From: Antedon mediterranea
Lineage: Eukaryota; Animalia; Echinodermata
Assembly (NCBI RefSeq): GCF_964355755.1
Contig: NC_092670.1
Location: forward strand, 22,368,795 to 22,432,794
Reading direction: 5' to 3'
DNA: 64,000 nucleotides
Part shown: piece after piece, positions 1-11,000 of the stretch
Layout of the letters: every line of letters begins with the position of its first letter
Position numbering within the stretch: position 1 is the stretch's first letter
Program-made: the position numbers and the translations under genes
The notes under the pieces: model-generated
Database searches by the model: none
What the model saw: the letters and a program-made list of their open reading frames with translations, nothing else
What the model was told of the DNA's origin: nothing

Positions 1-159
1 TTAACAAACATCTTTTTAGTTTGGAATTCTACAATATTTGCTATAAATGCATTATTTGATATGGCCCCCGTCATATACAATGCACAGTACTTTGTCTTAT
101 TTGAAGCATGATGTAATATAATATCAAAGGGTGGATTAAGGATTAACAATTTCTGTGTA

Positions 160-330
160 ATGGTATGTGTGCTGAGGGCCCGAAGAAATGTCTTGACTCT
201 TCGGTACAGTGTGGTTTGAATCCCGATGAGACCAGCCATCCTTGAGACAGCGTCGGGACTTTAAAACATGTTTAATTTTCTCCTGACGAGACGTTTCGTC
301 AAGCCTCGTGGTACAACGCTGTCTGACTTA
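160..330. repeat. Structured GC-richer insert in ABAT intron, possibly a tRNA-derived SINE
   Basis: B-box-like GGTTTGAATCCC (213-224); inverted repeats CCGAAGA/TCTTCGG, TCCCGATG/CGTCGGGA, TGACGAG/TTCGTCA and AGACAGCGT/ACGCTGTCT; AT-rich tail. Confidence 0.35.
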
Positions 331-682
331 ATTAATTGATGATTAATTAGTTTTATATAATATATATATATATTAATATATTAGTGATATCATTTAACTC
401 AAAACTAAATTCAGAACTAAAAGAATTTCTGTATCTGTAAGCTAATCGAATCAATAGTACTCAGTTTAATTTATGATTTACGATTCTATTATTATATGCA
501 ATACATTTGTCACTGATACTTTGTTATGCAATTCATTGTTACATGCCTGTGACTGTAAAGGGACAGTTCATGTTAGGTCTTAAAGGGACAGTCATCATTA
601 TCATTCTAAATTCCTATAATGTCCAGTGTGATGATATGCCAATTCAATCATCACGGCAAATTGACTAAAATGCTAATTTCAG

Positions 683-3600
683 AGAACGAAAAGAGGTGGC
701 GCGGAAGTGACACAAGAAGAAATGGATACATGCATGGTGAATGAGGTACATATTTATAAACATGTCTGTAATAATAAGTGGTGCAAACTTATAATCCCAA
801 GGTCTAATGTTCAAACCATGTATGAGTCGGGTTTGCATTCTAATCACGACAATAATATTTTTTTAATTCTTTCATTTAAATATTTTTAGAGCACTTTTAT
901 GGTACTCTTTATCAGTTTTTAAGTGCTTTATTTTTTTTTCTAGGCCCCTGGTAGTCCACAGTATACATTTATGTCATTTAATGGCAGTTTTCATGGGCGC
1001 ACAGTTGGTAAGTAATACATTTAAATTCCTTCGTACGTATGTAGGGCATGTGTTGGCTTAAGGCTTGTACTGTAATGCATTTATACACAAAGCATAAAAC
1101 ATATATTTATTTCTGTCTGTTACAGTGACTACATATTCAGTTTTAAGTTTTAAAGTTCTGATTTTAAAAGTGACTAGAATATAAAATGGTTAATTTCATT
1201 ACTATGTGTATATACTGTACGTATGCTTTTCTTTTTTTTTTTTAAATATTAAATAATAAGATTTATATGGATTTAAAGACCTTATGTTGAAGCATTTGAT
1301 AGATTAATTTAAGAATTATAGATAGATTGAAATTAGCACTACAGTATTGTATTATTCTTTTATGTGTAGTAAATGAATTTAAAATACTAACTGTATAGGA
1401 AGATATACTATATTATTTGAGGTCAATGTGTGCACACATGCAAGTTTAATAAAAAAACAGCTGGGGCTAAAGTAATTGAATTAAATTGAGCACTAGCTTT
1501 CCAGTCAATTACATCATATATACTTTTGTTCCTTGCGACGTGTCTCAACAACTTTTTATTTTAAGATATTCTTGACATTGCATAGTATAAATTAAATAGA
1601 CGTGACAGGTTTGTGCATGTCTTGAAATAATCCTTCATTTCATATAAATAATGCATCTGTAGCAGAATGTCATGAATTATTAGCAAAGGCTGACTCATGT
1701 TACTTATAAATCTTGAATATCAAATCTAAAATATGAAACAATTTTAATATGTAGCTCTAAAGTCCTATATTTCTATAATACAAGTCTTGTGACATTTGTA
1801 TTTGAGTCATATCAAATTATAATAAAATATGAATAATTTTTAAATAATTATTAAAACATCTTGTAAAATCCATATTTGTTACTTATATATGTGTTTTTCT
1901 GTTGTAAATCTATACCTGTAAATCAGTCTCACTGTATTAATGAGGATGATATTCTGATAAAGCCTACATACTGATAGATAAAATTGGAAAATCAGTTAGA
2001 AAATATTTCAATAACATTTACCATATCACCATACGACTAATTTATATTTAATAGCCTAAATTAAATATGCATAATATTTAATTATTGTAATTTTATTTCA
2101 CAATGTATACAATTTGAATTAGAATTCTTTTGTAATATATTATGCTGGACATGTGCAATTTTAATATGTTTCTTTAAAATATATACAGTATTTAAAATAC
2201 ATACCGTACTGTATGTACTAAGCGAGTGACTGGTTGAGCAGTTAAGAAAGTAACCGTAATACGTAGCCATAATATCGGCAAGGGTTCGAGCTTCACCCAC
2301 TCCATGGTTCTACCTAAAAGTAGGCCTCCTAGTTCTGTAAGCCCCAATACAAAAGATAGGACATATTAGGTTCAGTTTTAACAGAAACATTTGTCTGCTA
2401 GGTTGTTTATCATTAACGCATTCAAAAATGATCCACAAACTTGACGTGCCAGCAATGGATTGGCCAATGGCACCGTTCCCAAGTCTAAAGTATCCATTAG
2501 ATATGCACACTGCAGAGAATAGAGCAGAAGAAGATCGTTGCTTAGCTGAGGTAAGATATATATATATATATATATAAAAGTATCTCTCGAGATCCCGCTT
2601 AGTGAATAAATATACTGAATTATAGATGAGTGCGTATCAATTTGATCTCTGGTGCGCGTGCGTACAACTGAGGACTAGTTGTGTTCCAACCGTACCACGC
2701 CGAGAATGTTAAAGGGTCGTTATCTGATCGAGTTAAAGAACAATACCATGAAAGCCCCAGTGGTCTAATGGTTAGGGCAACTGCATATCAAGCAGACGGT
2801 CCGAGTTCGAGTCTCGGTTGGGGCGACTTTTTCTCATTCTCCCAGATTTCCTCATCTTTATCGTTTCAAAAATTAATTAAATAATTTTCAGTGTATCACC
2901 GGGCGGTTTGGAATTTATTTCTATGCCTGTTGTGTTTATATATATATATATATAAATCCAAAGGCAAATTACTGAAAAAAATGACAATGCTGTGGGTATC
3001 AGTGGCTGGATCTCAATGGAGATACAAAAATAAAAAGCGAAAAGCTAAATCAAAACGATAAAGTAAACAGCCAGAAAAGTTAGCAGAGCTTTCGGGCTGT
3101 TTATATATATATATATATATATATAAACAAATCGGGCAAAGAACATTATATACTTTATATTGGAATACAAAGGCAAATTATTGAAAAAAATGACAATGCT
3201 GGGGGTATCAATGGCTGGATCTCAATGGAGATCCAAAATAAAATAATCAAAAAGATTAATAAAAAAATAAAGTATAAAACGGACAGGCAACACTAGCCCT
3301 TCATCAGTGCATGATTTATTCTTCCACAATGCCCAATACATGACCATGTGGAGACAACCCCCCTACAATTTTTGAAAAATATACCAAGTTCCTATCAATC
3401 ATGCACATGTGGAATGTATGTACACAATCTATGGAGAACCTTTGTTGTAGTAATTCAAATGTTCGATGATAACTCTATACTGTAATTTTTATTTTGAATT
3501 TTAATCATTTTAACCGTATTTTAACATTGGCCTATAGTATTTGTGCAATTTTATGTATTTTTCTTATGTAGTTGTATTAGTCTTTTATTATCTGAATTAA

Positions 3601-6600
3601 GCCAAGCAAAATGGATTTTCATTTAAAGTAGATCAATAACAACTTTACATCCCACCTAAAAGTCTTAATTTTGCTTTTATAACGACAGCATGTGTTGTGT
3701 CTATAATGTTAACAATAGTGTACATTTCATTAGGAACAGTATTGCATTTCTATTATCATAGCCAACACGATATAACATGTTTTTGCTGTGCTGATCGTCA
3801 TAATGCCCGAATGTCCTATTCCAGAGGGCGCTATCAATTGTAATTAATTATCATTATAGTGCGGATAACTAAAAAGATTTGAACTCTTCACTATGGACGA
3901 GTTAGGTTATCCAAAGCGCATACATCATGTGCACGTCATACGTGCACATGATGCACATACTTGATAGGAAGCTGTTTTATAACTTTATCTTTTGATTTAG
4001 CTTTTTGCTTTTTTTTAAATATTCTATCAAGTTCCTATCATGCACATGTGGAATGTATGTACACAATCTATGTAGAACTAGATAGTCTTTTGTTGTAAAT
4101 AGCATTCATCTATATATTAATGCTACTAAATTTTTCGCGTAATAGGCTAGCCTATGTCACTTTCCTTAATTTTAAGGATAAACACTACATTTCGTAGCTT
4201 ACAGATATTTCAAAGTAAAGGAATACTCCGTGTATAACAAAATCAATGGCCGTAAGTAGTTCCAAATTGTATTGTTGACAATTCGTTTGTTTAAAAAGAA
4301 AAACAATTTGTCGGGGGCCGGGAAGCGATTTTTTATTTCGTACAGAAGTTGGGGAACCTTATGTGAAAGATAGCCAAACTACTTAAGTTTCTAAATATAA
4401 TCCCTCTCTTTCACTATAAAGTAAAAAGAACTTGCTCATCTGATTCAAACCCCATATATCGACATGCAAAGTCCATAGCCTAATCCACTCGACTAAACAG
4501 ATGGCTCGACAGAAAACCTTTGTATTAGCGAATTGTTAGCTCATTTCTAACGTAGCTTATGGACATGAATAATGAATATTCATGTTTATTTTGTGACGTT
4601 TCATGAGGGGTCCCCAACTTATGTACGAAAAGAAATATTGTGGCCGGGAAAAGTACGCTTTTATTATACTTAATAATCATGCCATGTGAATTATTATTAA
4701 GGTAGACAAACCATGCGGAGCACGGGTTTCTGCTAGACCACAATTTAATTACAACAGTAGCAAGTACGTAACAAATCTCCCATACAAAAAAATTGCAAAA
4801 TATCAAAACCAGTGAAATAAAAATAAAATGTCAATGAATAAACTTAATTCGTGTTTCCGCAGCAGTGTTATTCATTCGATTTTTGTCCACTTTTTTTTTT
4901 ATCTCTTTGTATCAAATAATTAATACACCACGAAAAACACCTAAAATAATATAGTTTTGCATTTTTATACTTTTTCTTTAGCGTCTTTTATTTTTCTGTC
5001 AAAAGTAAAGTCAATGTTCCGTATCCACTGGACTATTGCTTTAATTTTTTTAGCCTACATATATTGAAGTGAAGGAATAGTGTATATCAAATCAATGGCC
5101 GTAAATACAGTAGTTTCAAATTTTATTCGTGATACAATTTGTTTTCATTTCAATAATTTGTCAAAGTACTTTTATCAAAGTGCGCTGTTATTATACTTGC
5201 CCATGCAAGGTATATAACAACATATTAAGGCAGAAAAAGACCGTGCGGAGCACGGGTTACTGCTAGTATGTATAATTCAAATGTTTAATAAACTCTATAC
5301 TGTAATTTTCCTTTTGAATTTTAATAGTATTTTAAATTGGCATATTAAATTGGCATATTAACCGTATTTTAACATTGGCCTTTCCTTTCTTAGGGAAATT
5401 AAATTATTATGTATACGGCATAAATGATTGGAGTAATTTCCAAATAGTAAATGGTATTAGTGCAGCTAACTGGCATTAACAATTATCTAATTATAATCAT
5501 AGCTCGGCCAACTTAATTTCAACATTTGCATGAATAAAACCATGGAATAACATTTTATACATGATGCCCTCTGTCCTCATTTAACTAATGCTCTACAAGT
5601 ACTATATAGTTATATATCTTTTTCATTTAAAATTGTGTAATTCTCTATTTACTTATGATTGGGTTGTCAGTGACTAAACCAGCTGCATAGCTGGATTGTT
5701 CAGTCAATAGCCGCAGGTTGTCTTTTCTAATCTAAGCTTTAATTCAAAGTCAAACTAAACCAACCTAAGGCTTAAAATTGAAAAAAAGATTGTTTTATAA
5801 ATATAAGCATGTTTACTTAGCCCGAACCTTGGTTGAATAGCATTGAATGTAAGTAAACACTAAACAAAAGGGACAAATAATATATTATGATGTTCAAATA
5901 TTGACAGGTTCAAAGGTTAATCGATGAATATGGGGAAAAGGGACGTGACGTAGCTGGTATGATAGTGGAACCAATTCAGGCTGAAGGAGGAGATAACCAT
6001 GCTACCCCATACTTCTTTCAAGGCCTACGGAATATTTGTACTCAGGTAGTGTTAATGAGCCTTCGATTTACAATTACCTAGGAACTAGTTATGACATATT
6101 AAGACAAGTGATGCAAGGAAGACAGGGAATGGTTGCCATGTCTCTTCAAATCTCTTATTAGCACATATAAACTAATAATTAAAAATAATATGAAAAATCA
6201 CAAAAATCATGAAATATTAACTGTATTAGCAATAAAAATAAATGTCTTGGGTTGATACAGGCTAAACAAGCATATTGTTGCCTGACTGAGTAGGGGTCAT
6301 GACTTCAAACTGTTGGCTCTGATATTTAAGTCTATTAAAAAGCAATAAACTCGAGGTCATGCATAAAATACTGCCTTTCTTCATTAACTTGATACTGTTA
6401 ATATGGAGGGAAAACAGGCTAAATTTGATGTAAAATCATGGACCTATAGAATTTGGTTAAATTATTACTGTGTATGACCTAGAATAGTCCCTGGTGCCTG
6501 GATATAAAATTTGGGGAAAATTATACCCAGATTACATTACCAATACAATAATATTCTCATACTATAAGCATGATACATTACACAGTACTTGATCATACAT

Positions 6601-8891
6601 TTATCATATTTGTAAATATTTATCAGAAATGTTTTTATTTAATAAATTAATAATAATTTATTGTTAATAATTTCAGAATGGAGTTGGTATGATTGTAGAT
6701 GAAGTACAAACTGGCGGTGGTTGCACTGGAACAATATTTGCCTGCGATCAGTGGGGGTTAGATAATCCCCCCGATCTTGTAACATTTAGTAAGAAATTGG
6801 CAATGGCTGGCTACTTCTACAAAAAGGAGTTTACGCCTGATATGGTAAAGAATTTGTCATTATCTATCTACAATCAGGGGTGAGGCCAGGGGGATTGCAG
6901 CACACTCTCTAAAATAGAACTATGAACTCATTTTTTAATCTATATTTATTATTGCTGGCGCTCTCCTGTTTGAAAAATCAAGGATCTGCCCTTGACAACT
7001 TTTGTATGATGCAGTCTACACTATCAAACTAGTTTGACAAAAAAAAAGTGTGATGTACCCAAATATGGTAGTGATATGACATTATCATGTCCATATATGG
7101 GCACATTTTTTTGTCACATAAGGTTTGATAGTGTAGACAGAGCCTTATTCTATTTTCTAGTGAATTATATAAACTCTTTTGATTTTCTTTACAGGGTTAT
7201 CGAGTTTTCAACACATGGATGGGTGAACCATCTAAAATGATTCTTCTTGAAGCAATATTGAAAACAATAACACAAGAAAACCTACTGGAAAATGTTAAAG
7301 TAACAGGAAAAGTGATATTGGATGGACTCAACGAATTACAGGTAAAACAATAAGTACAATTCCACACTCTCCAAACAAATCTATTGTGTACTAGAGTATA
7401 TCAAACCAAAGATGCCAAGAATTAAAGGCAACATACAGAGTTCTTTGTTTACTATACTAAGCAATCTCATCATTTTACAATTTCATAAAATGATAATTTG
7501 GTTGAAGCTATGGTAACTAATTGATGTTATTAAACATAGATTGAGAGCTAGATTATTATGACATCACTAAAATCGAAGCTCTATTAATGAGTGAATTCAA
7601 GCATAAAATTAATTTGACAATAACTTGAATTGAAGCACTATGACCTGAGGTCACATCAACTTTGCATGATTATCCATTGTTAGTTGGTTCATGGCCTCCA
7701 TGGTTGGTTTTGCTATTGTAATAAAATTGAGCGTGCGTAAAAAACGAGTAAACAGTGTACATGAATTCCTAGGTCAAGTTTTAACTATTAAAATAGTTAT
7801 TTTTCCCACACACCTAAAATTTTTTGATTTTCAAGTGTTTTTTATATTTAAAATGTTTAATGCTTTTGTCTTTCCTCGGCTTCGTGTCTTGTATTTCATA
7901 TATATATATATATATTTCTATGTTTTTTTTGTAATTATTATTTTATGTTTATTGCCGAAATGAATAAAATAAAATAAAAAATAAAAAAAATTCCCCAATA
8001 TCTCGTTTCTCACTTAAAAGATCCAATTTAGTTAATACAAGATACAACGCACCTCAGCATGTAGCACGCTTGAAATCCATTGTTTAAAAATGCCAAGTCC
8101 AGAGAAATTTGGCCATTATATGGTTTGGCCACGCTTTCATAACATCGCCTGATATCTAATTTGTTGAAATCAGAACCTCTGGTATGATTTTACACTTAAT
8201 ACTTTATTATCTGTTTTTGTATATTGTATAGGATGCTTATCCTCATGTCTTCAGCAAAGCACGTGGTAATGGAACATTCATTGCCCTCGACTGTGTTGAT
8301 AACCAAAAAGCAACTCTTATCTCATCACTTCTAAAGAATGAAGGTAATTTCAGTTGTTCATTTGTCTCTTGATTTGTTTGTCACATAAAGGTTGAGCCAT
8401 GTTATCATTATTCTCAGACCATTAATTCCCTGTGCGAATTACTCAGCAAGTACACTCTCCATAACATTTATCTCGTATGCGATCAATCACTTAAGGTGTA
8501 TTCGCATACATACACTAAGAGTTTTAAATGAAGTTATGCACAAAGCATATTTAAGCTGATCCAAATCAAAAACTACATCCAATGAAGAGCTTCATGATCA
8601 GTTACTGCTCTCTTATACATCTGTATCATTTTTCTGGGAATTGAATATTCTATTTTCTGAATGGATTTAGTGCTGCAGTAAACTGATTTAGTGCTTCAGT
8701 AAACAGTTTCAGTGCTGCAGTAAACAGACTGCCTACCTTCTTATGACTCCTTTCTTTCATTTATTCCAGGTGTCAATTTGGGATTGTGCGGCTCAAGAAC
8801 TCTTCGTTTCCGCCCGGCTCTTATTTTCAAACCATTCCATGCAGAAATTCTTTTAGATGCATTGGACAAAGTTGCAAAAGATATGAATTAA
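683..8891 (+). CDS. ABAT: 4-aminobutyrate aminotransferase (GABA-T), 3' part; 5' exons lie upstream of the window
   Basis: Exons 683-745, 944-1007, 2402-2550, 5908-6045, 6677-6844, 7195-7341, 8232-8343, 8770-8891, all GT-AG and phase-consistent. Class III aminotransferase motifs SFNGSFHGRT, VEPIQAEGGDNHA, VDEVQTGGG, TFSKK (PLP lysine), YRVFNTWMG, LRFRP; stop TAA 8889-8891. Confidence 0.97.
2222..2312 (+). mobile_element. tRNA-derived SINE head, truncated
   Basis: TACGTAGCCATAA...GGGTTCGAG...CCATGGTTC is shared with the longer copies at 12606 and 52210. Confidence 0.6.
2577..2937 (+). mobile_element. (TA)n-flanked ~360-bp insert carrying a tRNA-like gene
   Basis: Bounded by (TA)n runs at about 2556-2576 and 2937-2954, immediately after the ABAT donor at 2551; GC content above the surrounding intron. 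Confidence 0.55.
2754..2825 (+). tRNA. tRNA-like gene, anticodon ATC (nominal Asp), non-canonical body
   Basis: 72 nt cloverleaf: acceptor GCCCCAG/TTGGGGC, D stem GTCT/GGGC, anticodon stem CTGC/GCAG with loop ATATCAA, T arm CCGAG-TTCGAGT-CTCGG, G discriminator; A box TGGTCTAATGG; T5 terminator at 2828-2832. Confidence 0.65.
2955..3312 (-). mobile_element. Two tandem Penelope-like terminal-repeat fragments; a further fragment at about 51435-51520
   Basis: Repeat AAAGGCAAATT...GGGTATCA.TGGCTGGATCTCAATGGAGAT occurs three times, two of them next to (TA)n; hammerhead core halves CTGATGA (3307-3301) and GAAA (3093-3090) on the minus strand. Confidence 0.55.
4109..5266 (+). mobile_element. Non-autonomous composite Helitron with two 3' ends
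   Basis: 5' A|TCTATATATTAA at 4109; 3' hairpin CCGTGC-GGA-GCACGG then CTAG|T at 5241-5267; a second 3' end at 4711-4736; interrupts a segment whose uninterrupted paralog lies at about 3386-3533. Confidence 0.75.
7013..7144. mobile_element. PIF/Harbinger-like (Tourist-type) MITE, family A
   Basis: TIR GTCTACACTATCAAAC...GTTTGATAGTGTAGAC, same family as 31411, 38402, 42568, 51001 and 51624. Confidence 0.75.
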
Positions 8892-10322
8892 GACTGTTTG
8901 GAAACCTGAAAAAAAGGAGATACATTGAACACAGTTGAAAATGACATGAATTATTGGAAGGATGAATTAATTAATGTAAACGTTACAAAGAAAACTGTTT
9001 TGGAATCTGTAAAAAAGGATTACCTAGAGGGTAGTAGTTATTCTCTAGACTATTTGGCATAATATTTGAAAGAAAGTTAAATTCCAACATCCTGCTTGTG
9101 AGGAAAATAAAATTTGTTTTGCAAAGAAGGTGGCAAACATTTGCAATGTAGTAGTATACTACATATTGTGGTAATTAAACTTTGATTGTACAAATACTTG
9201 GCGATGGAACTACAGTACAGTACTTTGCATTAATCTTAAGCTTGGTTTCCACTTGGATGCAATGTAAGTGAGTTTATCCATCACAAGCAACAGTTTGGAT
9301 GATCACTTATGTCCTTGCATTGTCTCCTAGTGTAAACTAAGCTTTATTAGGCTTTTTATTTTGCTAGACACAGAAGAAATTGTACGGATGAAAACAGCTG
9401 GCACAGTTAGCTATACTTTTTTTTTTCTTCAAATTTTCTCCCCAATTTGGAATCGGTTTGTAAATATTAAAAGGAATTATAGATTAACAAAATTACAACC
9501 TTGACGGCTATCTTTGGAAATAAGTTTTTGTACAAAAATTTATTAGTTAACAATGTAATTGAAATATAGTAAAACTGCATTAAATGCAGTTAAATGCACT
9601 GTGTTGTTCTAGGAAAATATACAAGGCATACATGCTTTCAACACAGTTCAAACTGCAATACCCAGTATAAATATATATTTCAATCAATCAATGTTTTGAT
9701 CATTTACAATGACATTATTTCCTTAAACCACAAACAAGCTAGATATATGGCCTTAATTTAATTTTAAATTTAATCACTCTACCCTTCACAAGTGCTCTCC
9801 TGTCATCACCTTTGTTTCCAGGGGCCTTATGCACGTTTAGGGCCTACTGGTTTGTATTGCACAGTAGGCCTACTGAATTGTAAATACTAGTAATTGCATG
9901 TTATAGATCATTTATCCAATTAACCGTGCCAAAGCTAATGTTATAAGTATAAAATAATTGATTTATATTGAATTGATTTAATAAGATAAAAATAAACAGT
10001 ATGGTTCTCATTCTCAAATTCAAATATGTATTGTCAATCTTATTTATTTTTTTTAAAGTGTGATTTGATTTAAATTTATTAGGAAAAGAGCTTTTTGCAG
10101 CAAACTTTGCACACATGTGGCTGATGAGAACCATATTATTTATTTATCATGGCTTAATACTGAAAATGATATAATAAGAAAATACTGTAATGTATGCAAA
10201 GGTATAATGTAATGTAAATAACAATACTTAATTTTTAGACTGATTGATTACTAAAATATTTCACTGTACTCTGCCTGTTGTTGCTCTACATATTCCAGGA
10301 AAATTATTCTAATCCAAGTTTC

Positions 10323-10630
10323 AGTTAAACTGAAAACTATTGTACATTACAGCATAGATTCATTCAATGAACTTCGGTAGATTAAAACTATTGTAAATTA
10401 TTAATAATTCTAAGATAGACATTACAAATACAACCCCTATGTATTTGTGACACAAAGTTCATTCAAATGCTTTGTATGGTATAGTTAAACTGAAAACTAT
10501 TGTACATTACATCATAGTTCCATTCAATGAAACCCAGTAGATTAAGTTACTGTCAAATACTAGTAATTCTAAGTAAATACAAATACAAACTCTGCATTTG
10601 TGACACAAAGTTCATTCAAATGTTTTGTAT
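10323..10630. repeat. Diverged ~160-bp tandem duplication between the ABAT and TELO2 3' ends
   Basis: AGTTAAACTGAAAACTATTGTACATTAC starts at 10323 and 10483; downstream blocks (ATTTGTGACACAAAGTTCATTCAAATG) also repeat. Confidence 0.8.
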
Positions 10631-11000
10631 GGTACCAGGGATGGTACATTATAAAGTCAACTTAATTCTTTACAGGCAGTTCATAGAGCCTTTTTTTCTG
10701 TTATCAGTATTATTCTATCTTGCATATTAAAACAATTTGAATGAATACACTGTTAAATTCTTCTTTCTGTGTGTTTCTTTACTGTTATGACATGGTTGTC
10801 CTTTATTATTAAATAACATTCATAACTGTTGTGCTTACTATTGTTTATAGGACCATATTGTTTTTCCCTTGTTGGTCTGTACCCTGGTATGTATTCTCAA
10901 TGAGTATCAAAAACAAATAGTTCATCTTACATTGACAAAAATCAACAACTTCTCGGTTACTCACCATACTTTTTTCAGGTTAATGTTTTTTTCAATAGCT

